From: Phaeosaccion multiseriatum | Lineage: Eukaryota > Protista > Ochrophyta, other classes | DNA: 64,000 nt | NCBI GenBank assembly: GCA_965112735.1 | Contig: OZ218952.1 | Span: forward strand, 2,666,001 to 2,730,000 | Direction: 5' to 3' | Shown: positions 21,959 to 33,689 of the stretch, piece after piece | Layout: each line of letters begins with the position of its first letter | Position numbering within the stretch: position 1 is the first letter of the stretch | Made by a program: the position numbers and the translations under genes | Notes under the pieces: model-generated | Seen by the model: the letters and a program-made list of their open reading frames with translations, nothing else | Database searches by the model: none | What the model was told of the DNA's origin: nothing

Positions 21959-24900
21959 AGGGAGGTGAGAGGAAACGGGTCGGCGTGTGGGGAGAGGGAG
22001 ACGGGGAGGCGTTGGAGCAGAGCGACAGGAGGAGGCGGGAGACGACAGGACATCTACCAACCGTGGGGGCGATATGGATCAAGTGCTATTGCTGCTGCAG
22101 AGAGAGAGACAGGCCTTACTCACGTCCACTTTCCCTTCCCCTCCCTTCCATGTCCCTCCCCGTCCCTTCCCCTCCTCCCCATCCGCCCCCTCTGTCTTCC
22201 CCTTCCCTTCATCACCTTGCGGCCTTGACGTCTGTCGGGGCGGCCCCAATGTGCTTTTGCAACGCTGCAAGGAGCCGCTCGAAGGCAACGGAGGACACCT
22301 TGGCTCGAGCTGCCAGCGCCGCATCGACCTTTGCGTACCCCTTACCACCCTCACCAGCGCCCGCCCTCGTCGCACCCTTGTTGGCAGCAGCACTCGCTGC
22401 TTGTGGTGTTGCTCCGTCACCGTCCGATGTCTCCATGGGGGCGGCTTCATTATCGCCCCCCTCTCCTCCCTTCCCCGTGTTGGCATTGTCGGCATTGCTC
22501 GCGTTGGTACTGGGGGCGCCGCTGGGGTCTCCTCCTGCGTGCCCCTCGAAGTCCTGAGGAGGAGGAGACCACGGACACCGAAGAATAGAGGCGTTACACA
22601 CGACCCAACACAACGAGTGAGTCAATGGTGTTGTCGGGGCGGGAGGAAGGATACCACAGATCACTACACTTTACTACTGAGTCAGCTTCATCTTCTCCTC
22701 CTCTCCATCCCGGCCTCAGTCGCTCCTCTCCGAACCCGCAGCTCTCGCCCATGCTTGCCCTCGCATTCACTCCTTCACTCACGTACTCACCCACCCACTA
22801 AATCACTCAACTCCCACTCACCCCCTTACTCACTCTCACTCACTCACTCACTCACTCACTCACCCACCCACACTCCCTCACTCCCTCCCTCACCTGCAAC
22901 CTCAGGCTCTCGCCTGGAGGGGACTCAATGACGTGCTGAGGTACCTTGGCGTGCTCCGGCGGCGGCTGCAGGGGGCCGAGAGAGATGCCGTGCATCTGGC
23001 GACGGCGAGACGAAAGTGGATTACAACACGTGCAGATATATACGCAAGGGGTAAGGATGTGAAGAGAGAGGGTACGGGGATGCGCGTGGAGAACGTCTAA
23101 GAGGGTGAAGGCAGACAGACAGACACAAGACACAAATTCAAACAGCACATGCGATATCATGTCTTTCCTCTCCATCACCTCTCAACAAAGACGTGCGGAG
23201 GAGAACGACATCAATCAGAAGCAAAGGAAAGGGAAAGCCCCCCTCTTGACCCTCGACGAAGGCAGAGCAGCGAAAGAGGAGGACAAGACGCGGCACACTT
23301 TTGCTTCGCTCAAACAAGGGGGGTGAAGGGCCGGCAGGTAGGCAGGCAGACAGGCACGGCAGACAGGCACGGCAGACAGGCACACCAGAGAGGAAAGCAC
23401 CACTTACATGTTGTTGGGTGGGGATGTGGAGGATGTCAATGCCGGCCAGATCACTCCCGCAGCCAGCCAGCAGGCTCTCCAGGAGAGTGCCCTCTTCATC
23501 GGGTGGTGGGGGCGCGCCTCCCTGTTGCTGCTGTATCACCAACTGCTGCTGTTGTTGCTCATCACCATCACCACCGGTCCCGGCCCCAGCGCTGGGCTGA
23601 CTGCCGTTACTACCGCTAGCAATGGCGATGGTCTGTTTACGCGGTCCGTGTGTAATCGGATGGAGTGGCGAGGGAGAGAGAAGGGAGGGAGGGAGGGAGG
23701 GAGAGAGAGAGGTGAAGATGGTGAAACAGCAAAAAATCAGACTTTCAAGTGAACTCTCCTCTAGCAGACATCGACCAGCTCAGTCCACGTACGACTCCTG
23801 ATGAAACCTCCACGGACGTCCACTCACGACTTGTGAGCATCAACCCTCCACTGCCATCCACTCCCGACCACGCATCGACTCTATGCATCGCGAGGGGACA
23901 AACAGCCCTGAATGCAACTGAATGGCCCTGTACAAAGCCCCCCCGGGGTTGGGGCGCTCAGGCCACCCACCCACCCACACACCCACTCACACAACATGGT
24001 CTCTCACCTCTCTCTCCCCCCGCATCTTTCTCTTTCCCCCTTGCCTTCTCTCTCTCTCCCTCTCTCCCTCTCTCTCCTCTATCCCCCCCCCCACCCCCTC
24101 TCTCTACTCTCCCTCTCACCTGCAAATCTGCCTCCAGCATGCGCCAGGCGCGATTGACGACGGAGAGCGTGTTGTCGTAGTGGTTTTGCTTTGCTTGCGT
24201 CTGGGCCGGGCAGGACGGATACAAGGAGTAGGGAGGGCGAGGGGGGAGATGCATGCACGCACACACACATACACACAGTGGCACATGGGGAGGAGTGAGC
24301 CAAAAGATACCCCAGTGACAAGTATACACACTGAGACGCGAGAGAGAGAGAAGGAAGGAGGGGGTGGTGCAAGTCCCTGTACACCGCTACAAAGGTAACC
24401 CCTCTTCCTTGCACTACGCTTAGAGTCCCAGAGAGGCATGTGTACAGCATGGACTCGGGCACATGAGACCTTCAAACGCAAGACAGTGAGAGAAGACGAC
24501 GACGAGCAAGAGGAGAGAGGCAGAGAGAGGGTGGGTGGCACTACTTTTTGGGTGGTGCACTGCAGGCAGCCCAACACTGTTCACCTGTCTGAGCTTGGTT
24601 TCCAGCTCCGCGATGAGACGTTTGTACCCGAATAGTTCCTGCGCGAATGCCTTGTTTTGCTGACGCAGAAAGAAGGCATTGGGCTGCGGACGGCCGACGA
24701 CCAATGATGGAACGAGAGGCGCAAGTGAGGGAGTAGAGGGGAGAGAGGAAGGTGGGACATAGGATTTAGACGAAGGAGAGCCATGGAATAGAAAGGGGTT
24801 GGAAAGAGCGCTCGGGAACAAAGCCAAGCGATGGGTGTGTGGGAAAAGGACCACCTTGTTACGATGCTCTCCCCTTTCAAGTCACGCCAGTCAGTATGGT

Positions 24901-25065
24901 ATGGGCCCACTGCACAGGAGAAGCTGCGTCCCAAGTGATACCGAGAGCAATGTAATGCTCCTTCCTCACCTCGTCGCCTCCTTCGTGGCTGCCATCGTCC
25001 TCGACCTTTGGCCGCTGTGCCTGCCCGACGCTAACGCTGTGGCCCTCAGAGCGCGCTCGCTTCAT
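16716..25065 (-). CDS. BRE1: E3 ubiquitin ligase BRE1 (histone H2B monoubiquitination), multi-exon
   Basis: C-terminal C3HC4 RING CNVCQDRRKNCIITKCFHMFCRECVDENLRTRHRKCPACGRGFGQDDV; N-terminal FLRQQNKAFAQEL and YDNTLSVVNRAWRMLEADL; long coiled coils (AYDEGREQNTRLLK..RDETNATIVSENIK). Start MKRARSE at 25065 is inferred; not all internal exons were resolved. Confidence 0.9.
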
Positions 25066-26195
25066 ACTGGGGGTCCTACGGACAGGAAAGAGAGGGAAGC
25101 CAAGCGAGAGAAGGGTCCGGGAGGAGGATATCGGGCAGCAGAGGGACACACAGAGAACACGCTGTGAGAGGGCAGGGAGGGGGGGGTTGGTGGGTTGAGG
25201 GCTCGAAACGTCTCTCCTGGGTCGGGGCCGACAAGAGCAAAGGGACCGGGTTGTGAGCTGCGGTGGCCGCTCATTGACAGCCCCCTTCTTATAAGCGAAT
25301 GGGTGCGGGTTCGGAGCAGAAAGCGGGGCAAGGATCCGACAATCAGTTCAAAAAGCCACATATCGTCTTGGCTTATATCGTCTTGGAGCCAGCCTCCGGA
25401 GGGAGGGGAGGAGGATCCTGAGGAACAGACTACTGTGGGCTGATCTGGCGGGCATCAAGAGCTGCGGGGACGCCCCCGCGTGCCCCGACCCCTGCCCTTT
25501 CATCGGCCTAACACCGGTCTCACAAAGAAGATCCATTCAACCACCCTTTCGCCGCGCGAGCTTCTCCACCAGGCCCACCCTTGATTCTCCCCGGTTGTTC
25601 TCTGCATATATCCCCATCTAGCTTCACGCCCCGCCCCCCTTCCGCCTTGCGCCGCCCCTCCCTCAACCCCCACCCACCTCCCGCTCCACGTTTTACACTC
25701 ACCCCTTGGACGGAAGAGATGTTAGCAGCATCAATTTTCTCAGCGAGGAGCTTCCGGACAGGCTACTCCGGGGAAAAAGCGACAATAGTTAGAGAGACAT
25801 GGACGCTAATGTTGCAGATACAGCGCCTACGAGCTATTTTCTCACAAGCGAGTAAATCTTGGCCGGGGCCCAGACGTAAACAATGCGGCTTCCCCCCCGC
25901 CCCCCCCCGGGTGATCGATTCAAATCTCGAATTCTAAATATCGACCTGGCGTTACTATTTCTCTTCTCCTTTTTTTTGAGGAAAGAAGAACACCGCTTTC
26001 AGTGATACCAAACGCAAGCTTCGGCCAAGGCGGGCCGCTGGGGGCCACACCGCAGCGTCGAAGATGGACCGTGGCCCGAGGTGGGGACTCGGAGCACCTC
26101 AAAGGGAGATGTTTTTTTTTTTAACTCACATTCATCCCGGGGGCCCATCCCTCCTCTCTCCTCTTCTCCCCATTTATTTGCTCTCCTCTCCTAGA

Positions 26196-27829
26196 ATGGC
26201 CTCCACTGGCGCAGCCATAATAGGTGGCAACACGATGCCCGAGTCAATGACGCTAGACCATGTCTCTCCAGGTGATTGATCAGGCAATGAGGCCTTGCTA
26301 CTCACTCACGCGCATCCCTTGTGTCAAGCGACGCCTGGACTGAGACTGAAACCCTGACACAATGCCCCCCTTGATATCTGTTTCCATTCTCACTCTCTTT
26401 CCTCCCTCACAGCCACTAGACTTTTGGAAAAGAGGCGGCAAATGTTTGAGGTGCAAGAGGCGCTGGAAGCACAGAAGGAGGAGTTTGCGAGGAGGGAGGA
26501 AGTCTTTTGCAGAAGAGAAGAGGGACTTAGAAAAAAGGTAGGTACCAAGAGAGGCTGGTAGTACTGACAGTAGTAGCTTGTGGCACGGACGGAGACAGAG
26601 ACCCGCCCACCCTCGTCCTAATTCGTTCTTTCTCCTTGTCTGTCTGTCTGGTGCCCATGTTTTTTTTTGTGTGTGGTGCGATGCTTTGTTTCGGTTTGGT
26701 CCCATCATTACATTACCAACAGGACCTGGAGCTGCAGGCCTCCCTCATCAAGTTTAGTAAGTTCCTGCAAGAGAATGAAAACAAGCGTAACAGAGCCATC
26801 AAGCGGCTGGCAGACGAGCGCAAGCAGCACGAGCAGAAGGAGCTCGAGATTCAAAAGCTGCAGCGCCAGTACGCAGAGAGGGTGGACGAGGAGACACAAC
26901 TCAAGGAGGCCCTTGACAAGAACAGGCGGTATCACGACTTCCTCAGTCAAGTGGTCGAGGCCGCCACAGAGGACTACCCAGAGGTGTGTGTGTGTGGTGT
27001 GGGGACTTATGAGACTACTGACTTGAGTAGTCATCATACTGAGCTTCTGTACTATCATCGTGGCCACAGCTGATCGGTCTGGTCGGGTATGCTTTGGTTG
27101 GCTTTTTGACTGGTGTCCACCCACCCGCTTACTCACTCTAGTGAGTGCTAGTTGGCTCATCATAGGGGGGCCTTGCTTTTGAGGGAGTCAACGCACGGAG
27201 CTGAGAGGGGGTGTGGGGGGAGGAGCGGAGCGATGACTGGAGGACCAGCGCCCTTATCGCTCACTAAACCACTAAATCATCACCATCATCACTGCCTTGC
27301 ATTACTAAAATACAATGACCAAACACAGGTGACGGACCTGCTGAACCGTTTCAAGACGCTCAAAGACGCCAACCGCGACCTCGTGGTGGGACAAACTAAG
27401 AACGACACCGAGAATGAGGCCCTGAGGGAAGAGTATGCCGCCTACGCCAAGGCCGGCTCAGACGAGATTATGAACAAGAACAATGAGATTAAAAAGCTGC
27501 AGCGCACGCAGGAGCACGCCGTGAGGGATGCGTTCCAGTTGCAAAACGAAATGGACGCTCGCATTCGCAACCGAGGAGACTGCACACTCGAGATGGGCCA
27601 AGTGTTGAGCGCCGTGGCGAACATTCTAGAGCGGTGTGAGCAGGGGAGTCACATCAAGAGGAGTAAGGTGGGCAGCTCGAGCTCCAAACCTTTGGCCAAC
27701 AAGTGCTCTGCGCTGGGCAATCTGCAGACAGAGGGCAAGCTGGCGATGGAGCGGCTGGAGGAGATTGCCAACTCGATGATAGACTACGCCTCCATCGTGG
27801 CCGACTACTCCACTATGCCGCCCCGGTGA
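26196..27829 (+). CDS. CFAP73: CCDC42/CFAP73 family (DUF4200) flagellar coiled-coil protein (exons 26196-26271, 26413-26537, 26723-26983, 27329-27829)
   Basis: Spliced product MTLDHVSPATRLLEKRRQMFEVQEALEAQKEEF..DLELQASLIKFSKFLQENENKRNRA matches the family signature. Confidence 0.88.
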
Positions 27830-28519
27830 GGATCGCGGGCACCATGCTCTGCTAGTACAACAGAGTTGGGGACGAAGGGAACTGTCCATGGGCGGCGCCG
27901 GCGTTCAAATCCCCCACCGAGACAGACAGCTGCGAGAGTCACAAACCAGGCAAGCACCGGGTAGGGCGGGTGGGAGCGCCCGCTTGCTTCTTTTATCGTG
28001 TGTAGTTGGCGGTGCCACTCACTCGGGGCGGGGGGTCGCGGCCCAGTGGCGTCCATTGTGCCATCGCTCAACTTGCTCTCTTGACAGAGCTTGACGCCTA
28101 GCAGTTAGGAGTCAATCGCCACGAAACGCCCGTCTATCCGCACTCGTATCTCAGGCGAGTGCAAGTGAGCGGGGAGTGAGTGGGGCGATTGTGAGAGAGC
28201 GAGTGCATAAGCTTAGCCGTGCTGAGCTTAGTTCTGTTTGGCTTGGCTTAGCTTAGCTTAGCTTAGAGTTTGGGTTCATGCCGTACGTGCGTGTGATCTT
28301 TGATTCATGGATCTGTGCATGCACGTGTAGACAGACAGAGAGAGAGAGAGGGGGGGGTGGGGGATTGAAAGGGAACCCTTTACCCTTTTGTCAATAAAAA
28401 TAGTCAAGCAAACGATGAATCGCGGGCACCTCGTGTATCACGGAGTGGAGACCGTCTCCCTCCCACACATGCATAAGCACTCCACACACGACAGACGGCG
28501 TTGTACCATAGGCCATAGG

Positions 28520-28720
28520 TATTCAGTCGTGAGTCAGTCGTGAGTCAGTCGCGACAGGGGAGAGGTTCCATAGGTACTCAGAAGTCAGTCAGGAGTGCAG
28601 CATTGCCGGAGGGGTTACTGCCGATTGAGTAGTGTAGCAGTGAGCAAGCGCAGTGCGCAAGTGAGGAGTGCAGCAGTGAGCAAGTGAGGAGTGCAGCAGT
28701 GAGCAAGTGAGTAGTGCACA
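28520..28720. repeat. Short tandem repeats (GAGTCAGTCGT x3; ~23-bp GAGTGCAGCAGTGAGCAAGTGAG units) between convergent 3' ends
   Basis: Visible directly. Confidence 0.7.
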
Positions 28721-29359
28721 GCATTATTTGTATTGCGGCGTGCCGATGCACGAAAGGTTGCATGCCGCGGCTGTGCTTCAATCGCTGCTCCTGTGTTGTT
28801 CGAACAACACTGATCGAACTTCTCCCCCCCCCCCCCGAAGGCTGGCGCACCTTGCTCCCTCCCTTCTCACCAAAATGTGTGAGAAGAGCCTCATCCTCCT
28901 CCTCATGCAGCTTCAGTCGTCCATGCCTCTTTGATCAAGATACACGTTTCAGTCAGCCCCTTGACCATTTGAGCAATCAATACTCAATACTCCCACGTCA
29001 AGCAAACAAGTGATCGATCGAGCACGTGCCCGTGCCGCCCTCCCTCCACTCCGCTCCATCGACCAACAGAGCGGTTTGGGTGGTGCGACTCCATATGTTC
29101 GCCGCACACACACACACACACCCTCACACCACTCTTTGCTGCGTAGTTTGTCCATTGACACTGCTACTGGTGTAGGGAGTGTTGCCTTGGTGCATTGGCG
29201 GGATTGGAGCTGCACGCCACCACCCCGCCCCCCCGGCCAGCCCATCCACCCACCTCCACACATCCAAAAGCTTGGTACAGCTCTCCTCCTCCTCCTCCTC
29301 GCAAAGAACAAAAGCTCCTCTCCTCCTTAGCTCCTCTCCAAGCTCTTGTCATCAAGCTC

Positions 29360-30472
29360 TCATCTCCACCACATACCCAGCTGAAGGTATGACACACCAG
29401 GCCACCCTTCCTGCCACTCCTTCAGACAATTGGCTTCGTTCTTAACGATGGACATTCTTCCCCAGTCCGAGATCTGCTGCCCGTCTTGAGGGTTCATTAT
29501 AAGGAGGGCGGGCAGCTGCATATTCTCGAATTCCTCGGCTATTCGCTTGTTGTGTCCGCCTTTCCACGGCAGTCGTAGAAAGCCCTTACCGTCCACGAAC
29601 TGCACCATGGTCTCCTCGCTGTTTATGGTATGGTGGTGACGAGAGACGTAATTGGTCGTGTGATCGAGAGCAAAAGAATCGACATTAGCAAGCGAAGCGG
29701 GATGGGGGGTGGGTGGGGTGGGAAAAGGGCGGAGGAGACGAGAGGGCAAGGAGTTCAGAAGGGGTAAGCAGCCAGGCAAGCGCAGCAAAGAGAGCAGGGG
29801 GGGATCCCTCCCACCCCACCCCCCCCCTTCGCTCTGTTTACCCCTCTGTCACACCGACTCGCCCATCCGCTCTCCGACAAGCTTTACCTGTGATCATATG
29901 AGACGTATATGACCACAAACTCTTCCTTATGCTTCTCCTGAAAGGCGGCCAATACCGGGGTAAACTCTTTACATGTCTCGTTCCAGGATCCGCCAAAATA
30001 GACGCCCACCAACTGTGTGCGTTTGCAGTGGCATTCGAGTTGTATCCACGAGGAGAGAAGAAGGAGGGGCGGGGAGGGGCGACAGGCCCACCATCAGTCT
30101 CCAGGTCACGATTAAAGCCGGAGGTAGGGTTCCGATGGGCTCAAAGGCGACAAGTCTTGGGTGCTCAAGACGTCGATCCACCTTTCAACCCTCCCCTCTC
30201 ACCTTCCCTTTGAACACTGAAGAGTCCACGGGGTCCCCGTTCTCATTGAGCAGATGGCCCTCAAAACCCGAGAGCATACCGTTGAAGCCACCCTCTTCCA
30301 CGTCTCCCTCGTCTCCTCCTGCAACTACCGAGCTGTCTGCCACCGCAGCCCCTCCTCTGATGGGCGACCTCGCAGCTCTCGCAGACCTTCCCGTGGGAGA
30401 AACTGAGTTGGGACGGGGTAGCGCACACACACCTGTGTCTGGGTCACAGTTGAGCTCCTGTGAAGACATCAT
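29360..30472 (-). CDS. Nucleoredoxin/tryparedoxin-like thioredoxin-fold protein with altered active site (exons 30472-30203, 30012-29888, 29618-29360; ~217 aa)
   Basis: LLNENGDPVDSSVFKGK-LVGVYFGGSWNETCKEFTPVL..FVVIYVSYDHSEE..FLRLPW..LPALLIMNPQDGQ..WGR follows the nucleoredoxin consensus (YFSAxWCPPCxxFTPxL..EVVFVSxD..W..IPxL). Confidence 0.88.
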
Positions 30473-30606
30473 GGTAAGGCAGCTCGCTTGTTATATAGAT
30501 GTCGGAATGATGGGGGATATCGATAGGGACAAAGCAGTTGCGGTCGTCCACTGCCATCGGGAATGAAATCTCGAGGACGATCGATCGATTAAATGAGACG
30601 GACGGG
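30473..30606. promoter_or_regulatory. Putative bidirectional promoter (134 bp between divergent ATGs)
   Basis: Head-to-head nucleoredoxin-like gene and Sec15; contains palindromes TATCGATA (30518) and CGATCGATCG (~30578). Confidence 0.5.
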
Positions 30607-33558
30607 ATGACGAAAACGACGACTGTGAGCAGGACAGGACTCGTCGCTAATGCCAGCAGACTCGATGCGGAAGGAAGGAGGAAGAAGGAGGTGAGGAGGG
30701 GGAGGAGGAGGAGAGAGAAAGAGAAAGAGAGAAGAGGGAGAGGGAGAGGAAGAGCGAGAGAGACGGGAGGACATACACAAGAGGGATGGAAGGTCCTTTC
30801 CTCTCCCCCCACTCTTCTCGATTATGAACGCTTCTCAATGAAGCAATCGCTCGCTTTCGAATTGATTCACACGGGTACCAACTTCCCGCTGTCTTCCACC
30901 CTTGCCCTCCTCTCTCCCCCCTTCCCAGGGCATCGATGGCTTGGTGCAGGAGCTGATTCATGCCTCGCAAGACGGTCACATCCCCTCCGTGCTGAGAACA
31001 GCGCTGGAGCGGGGATGGAGGGAGGACCTCCACCAGGCGCTAGAGGGCTTCGAGACGAAGATGACAGCCGAGATTAGCAGGGTTTGCAACAGGTACCGAC
31101 CTGGGTGTGCCGGTGGTGGTAAGAGTGGCGGCCTTGACGGGTTGGAGCCTGGTTAGAAACGCCGCAAGAGCAGCAAAGGCGAGCAAGCCATCCTCCAAAG
31201 AAGCCGCAACAGCAGCAGCAGCAGCCGTGTACACGCAATGGCGCGGCTCCGTTCCTCCCCCACTTCTCTCTCTCTCCCCCTCGCTTCTACCTATCTCCTC
31301 CCACGTCTCTCTCTCTTACGTATCTCCCTCTCCCCCCCCTACTCTCACACCCGCTTACCCATATTCTCCCTCTCTCTCTCCTTCACCCATCTTCTCTCTC
31401 TCTCTCTTCCCAGGCACTATGCAGAGTTCATCGACTCAGTGGAGGAGCTCATGAAGATGCGGCACGAGCTCACGCAGCTCAAGGATCAGGTCACAGGCCT
31501 CAATCAGGATGTGCAGATGACAGGCAGGTCCGCTCTCAGCACTACCAAGGTGAGAGGGTGGATCATTAGAGCATGCATCAGTCGTACGAGGTAGAGAGGG
31601 CGGAGGGAGCGAGGGAGGGAGTGGGTGAGAGAGGGAGGGAGAGAGGGAGTTACTTTACTTAGTGGGGCTCTCCTTAGACACTTGGTGGCCCCCTCCCCCT
31701 CCCTCCCCTGCCACTCGCTGCTGGCTGTATCGCCAACCTGCTGCTGCTGCTGCTGCTGCTGCTGCATCACCATCTGCTGTCCCTCTATGATTACATAGAC
31801 CATGTTGCGACAGCGCTACACGGCGCAGAACATCTCCTCTGCCATGACGGTGATTGCCCAGTGCGATGAGATTGTCAACATGGTCATGGACGCCTTTGTG
31901 CACATTCACGACGAGAAGTACTACTCCGCCCTCAACACTATGGACGAGATCAACACGCGGTGAGTAAGTCAGTGAGTGAGTGATGGAGAGAATAAGTCAG
32001 TCTCGCTTCCTCGTCCTTCTTCTCGGCACTCGTCTTACCGTGTTTTTTCCGGTCCTTCCCTTCCCTTCCCTGCCTCCCACCCCCTGCCATCCCCTGCCAT
32101 CCACACAGTCTCTCGGGCCTGGGTAGCATAAAGTTCGCGTCCCAGCTGCGGCAGTGGATGCCGTCCCTCACAGAGACCATCAACAAGGCCACCAAGGAAG
32201 AGGTAAGTGGGTGCGTGAGTGCTTGAGTGGGGCAGGGAGGGAGAAGAGACGGAAAAAAACATGTACACCGGACAGGCAAGGACCGTCCTCGTCTTCGGCA
32301 CTCACGGCACTCATTCATATACACATGATGCACTCACACACTCACGCACCCACGCACCCACGCACCCACACGCCCACACACCCACGCACCCAATCACCCA
32401 TGTCAGATGTCTGAATGGCTCGTGCAGATCCGAGAGGTGTCTTACAAGGTGGGAGGCGCTGCCATGCGGCGCTACGCCCGACTGGCCAGCGACGGCAGTT
32501 ACAACCCCGCCAAGTCCAAGCACCGCAAGGGGCAGGAGGAGGTCATTCGGTGAGTTGCAGAGTTGCAGTTTTAGTTTTCAGCACCTATCCACCCACCCAC
32601 CTGCCCACCTACCCACCCACCCACCCACCTGAATTATTGGCTTACTCACCCACCCACCCATCCTCTGTCCTGACACCAAACGCACCCACAGGTCGCAGTG
32701 CGAGAGGGTCTTGGTGAGGATCGAAGAGGAGCTTGGCTGCAGCTTCAGATTAGAAGACAGGTACGTGAATGCGTGGGGGTGTACGTGTGAAGGCAGTGAG
32801 TGAGTGTCAGGACAGCGAGAGTGGGTGTCAGGACCATGGCGCCCTCCGTCTCTGCAGATTGTAGGCCCCGCTGTCCACTGCCGTCCCCCCGTATTTCTCC
32901 AGTGAGTTGGCTGAACTCATGTAACCCCTCCCCATCCACTGCCATCGCTGTATCATTGACGTAAAGCGAGCTGGCGGATTGGGTGCCCGACTTCATGAGG
33001 GGCGGAGAGGATGAGATGGCCCTCGTCATTAGAGAGCAGGTGCGAGCATGTGTGTGTGTGGGTGCGTGTGAGTGTGTGTGCGTGCGTGTGTGGGTGCGTG
33101 TGTGCGTGCACCTGTGGGTGCGTATGTGGTTGCGTGTGTGGGTGCGTGTCACTATGGAATCAAAAAGTGTGTGTGGGGGGGGGGGGGGGAGAGAGAGAAA
33201 GAGTGGCAGAGGTCCAACACCCAAAACAGTCCACGGCTTGGCGCTCAAGCCTACGAGGCGAGGAGGCACACTCCCATCCCCTCCAATTCCATCCCCTCCC
33301 ATCCCATCCACTGCCATCCCAAGGAGTACATGCTGGATCACTTGTCGGACCACTTGCACCCCGTGCATAGGGCCTTACACATCTTCGCCAGGCTCGAAAT
33401 GCTCCCCGACTTCTCCAACTGGTACAGGTCAGTTACTTACTTCCGCTCCATCTTAGTCAGCTTGGGCTAGTCAGTTGGGTACCAAGGGGGTTTAGATTGG
33501 AGGAATAGGGGGCTTAGGCTGTTAGGCTGTGCTCTCTCCGTCACACTCTCTCTCACAC

Positions 33559-33609
<51 letters not shown>

Positions 33610-33636
33610 GCTTACCTGTCTGTCTGTCTGCTTACC

Positions 33637-33689
<53 letters not shown>

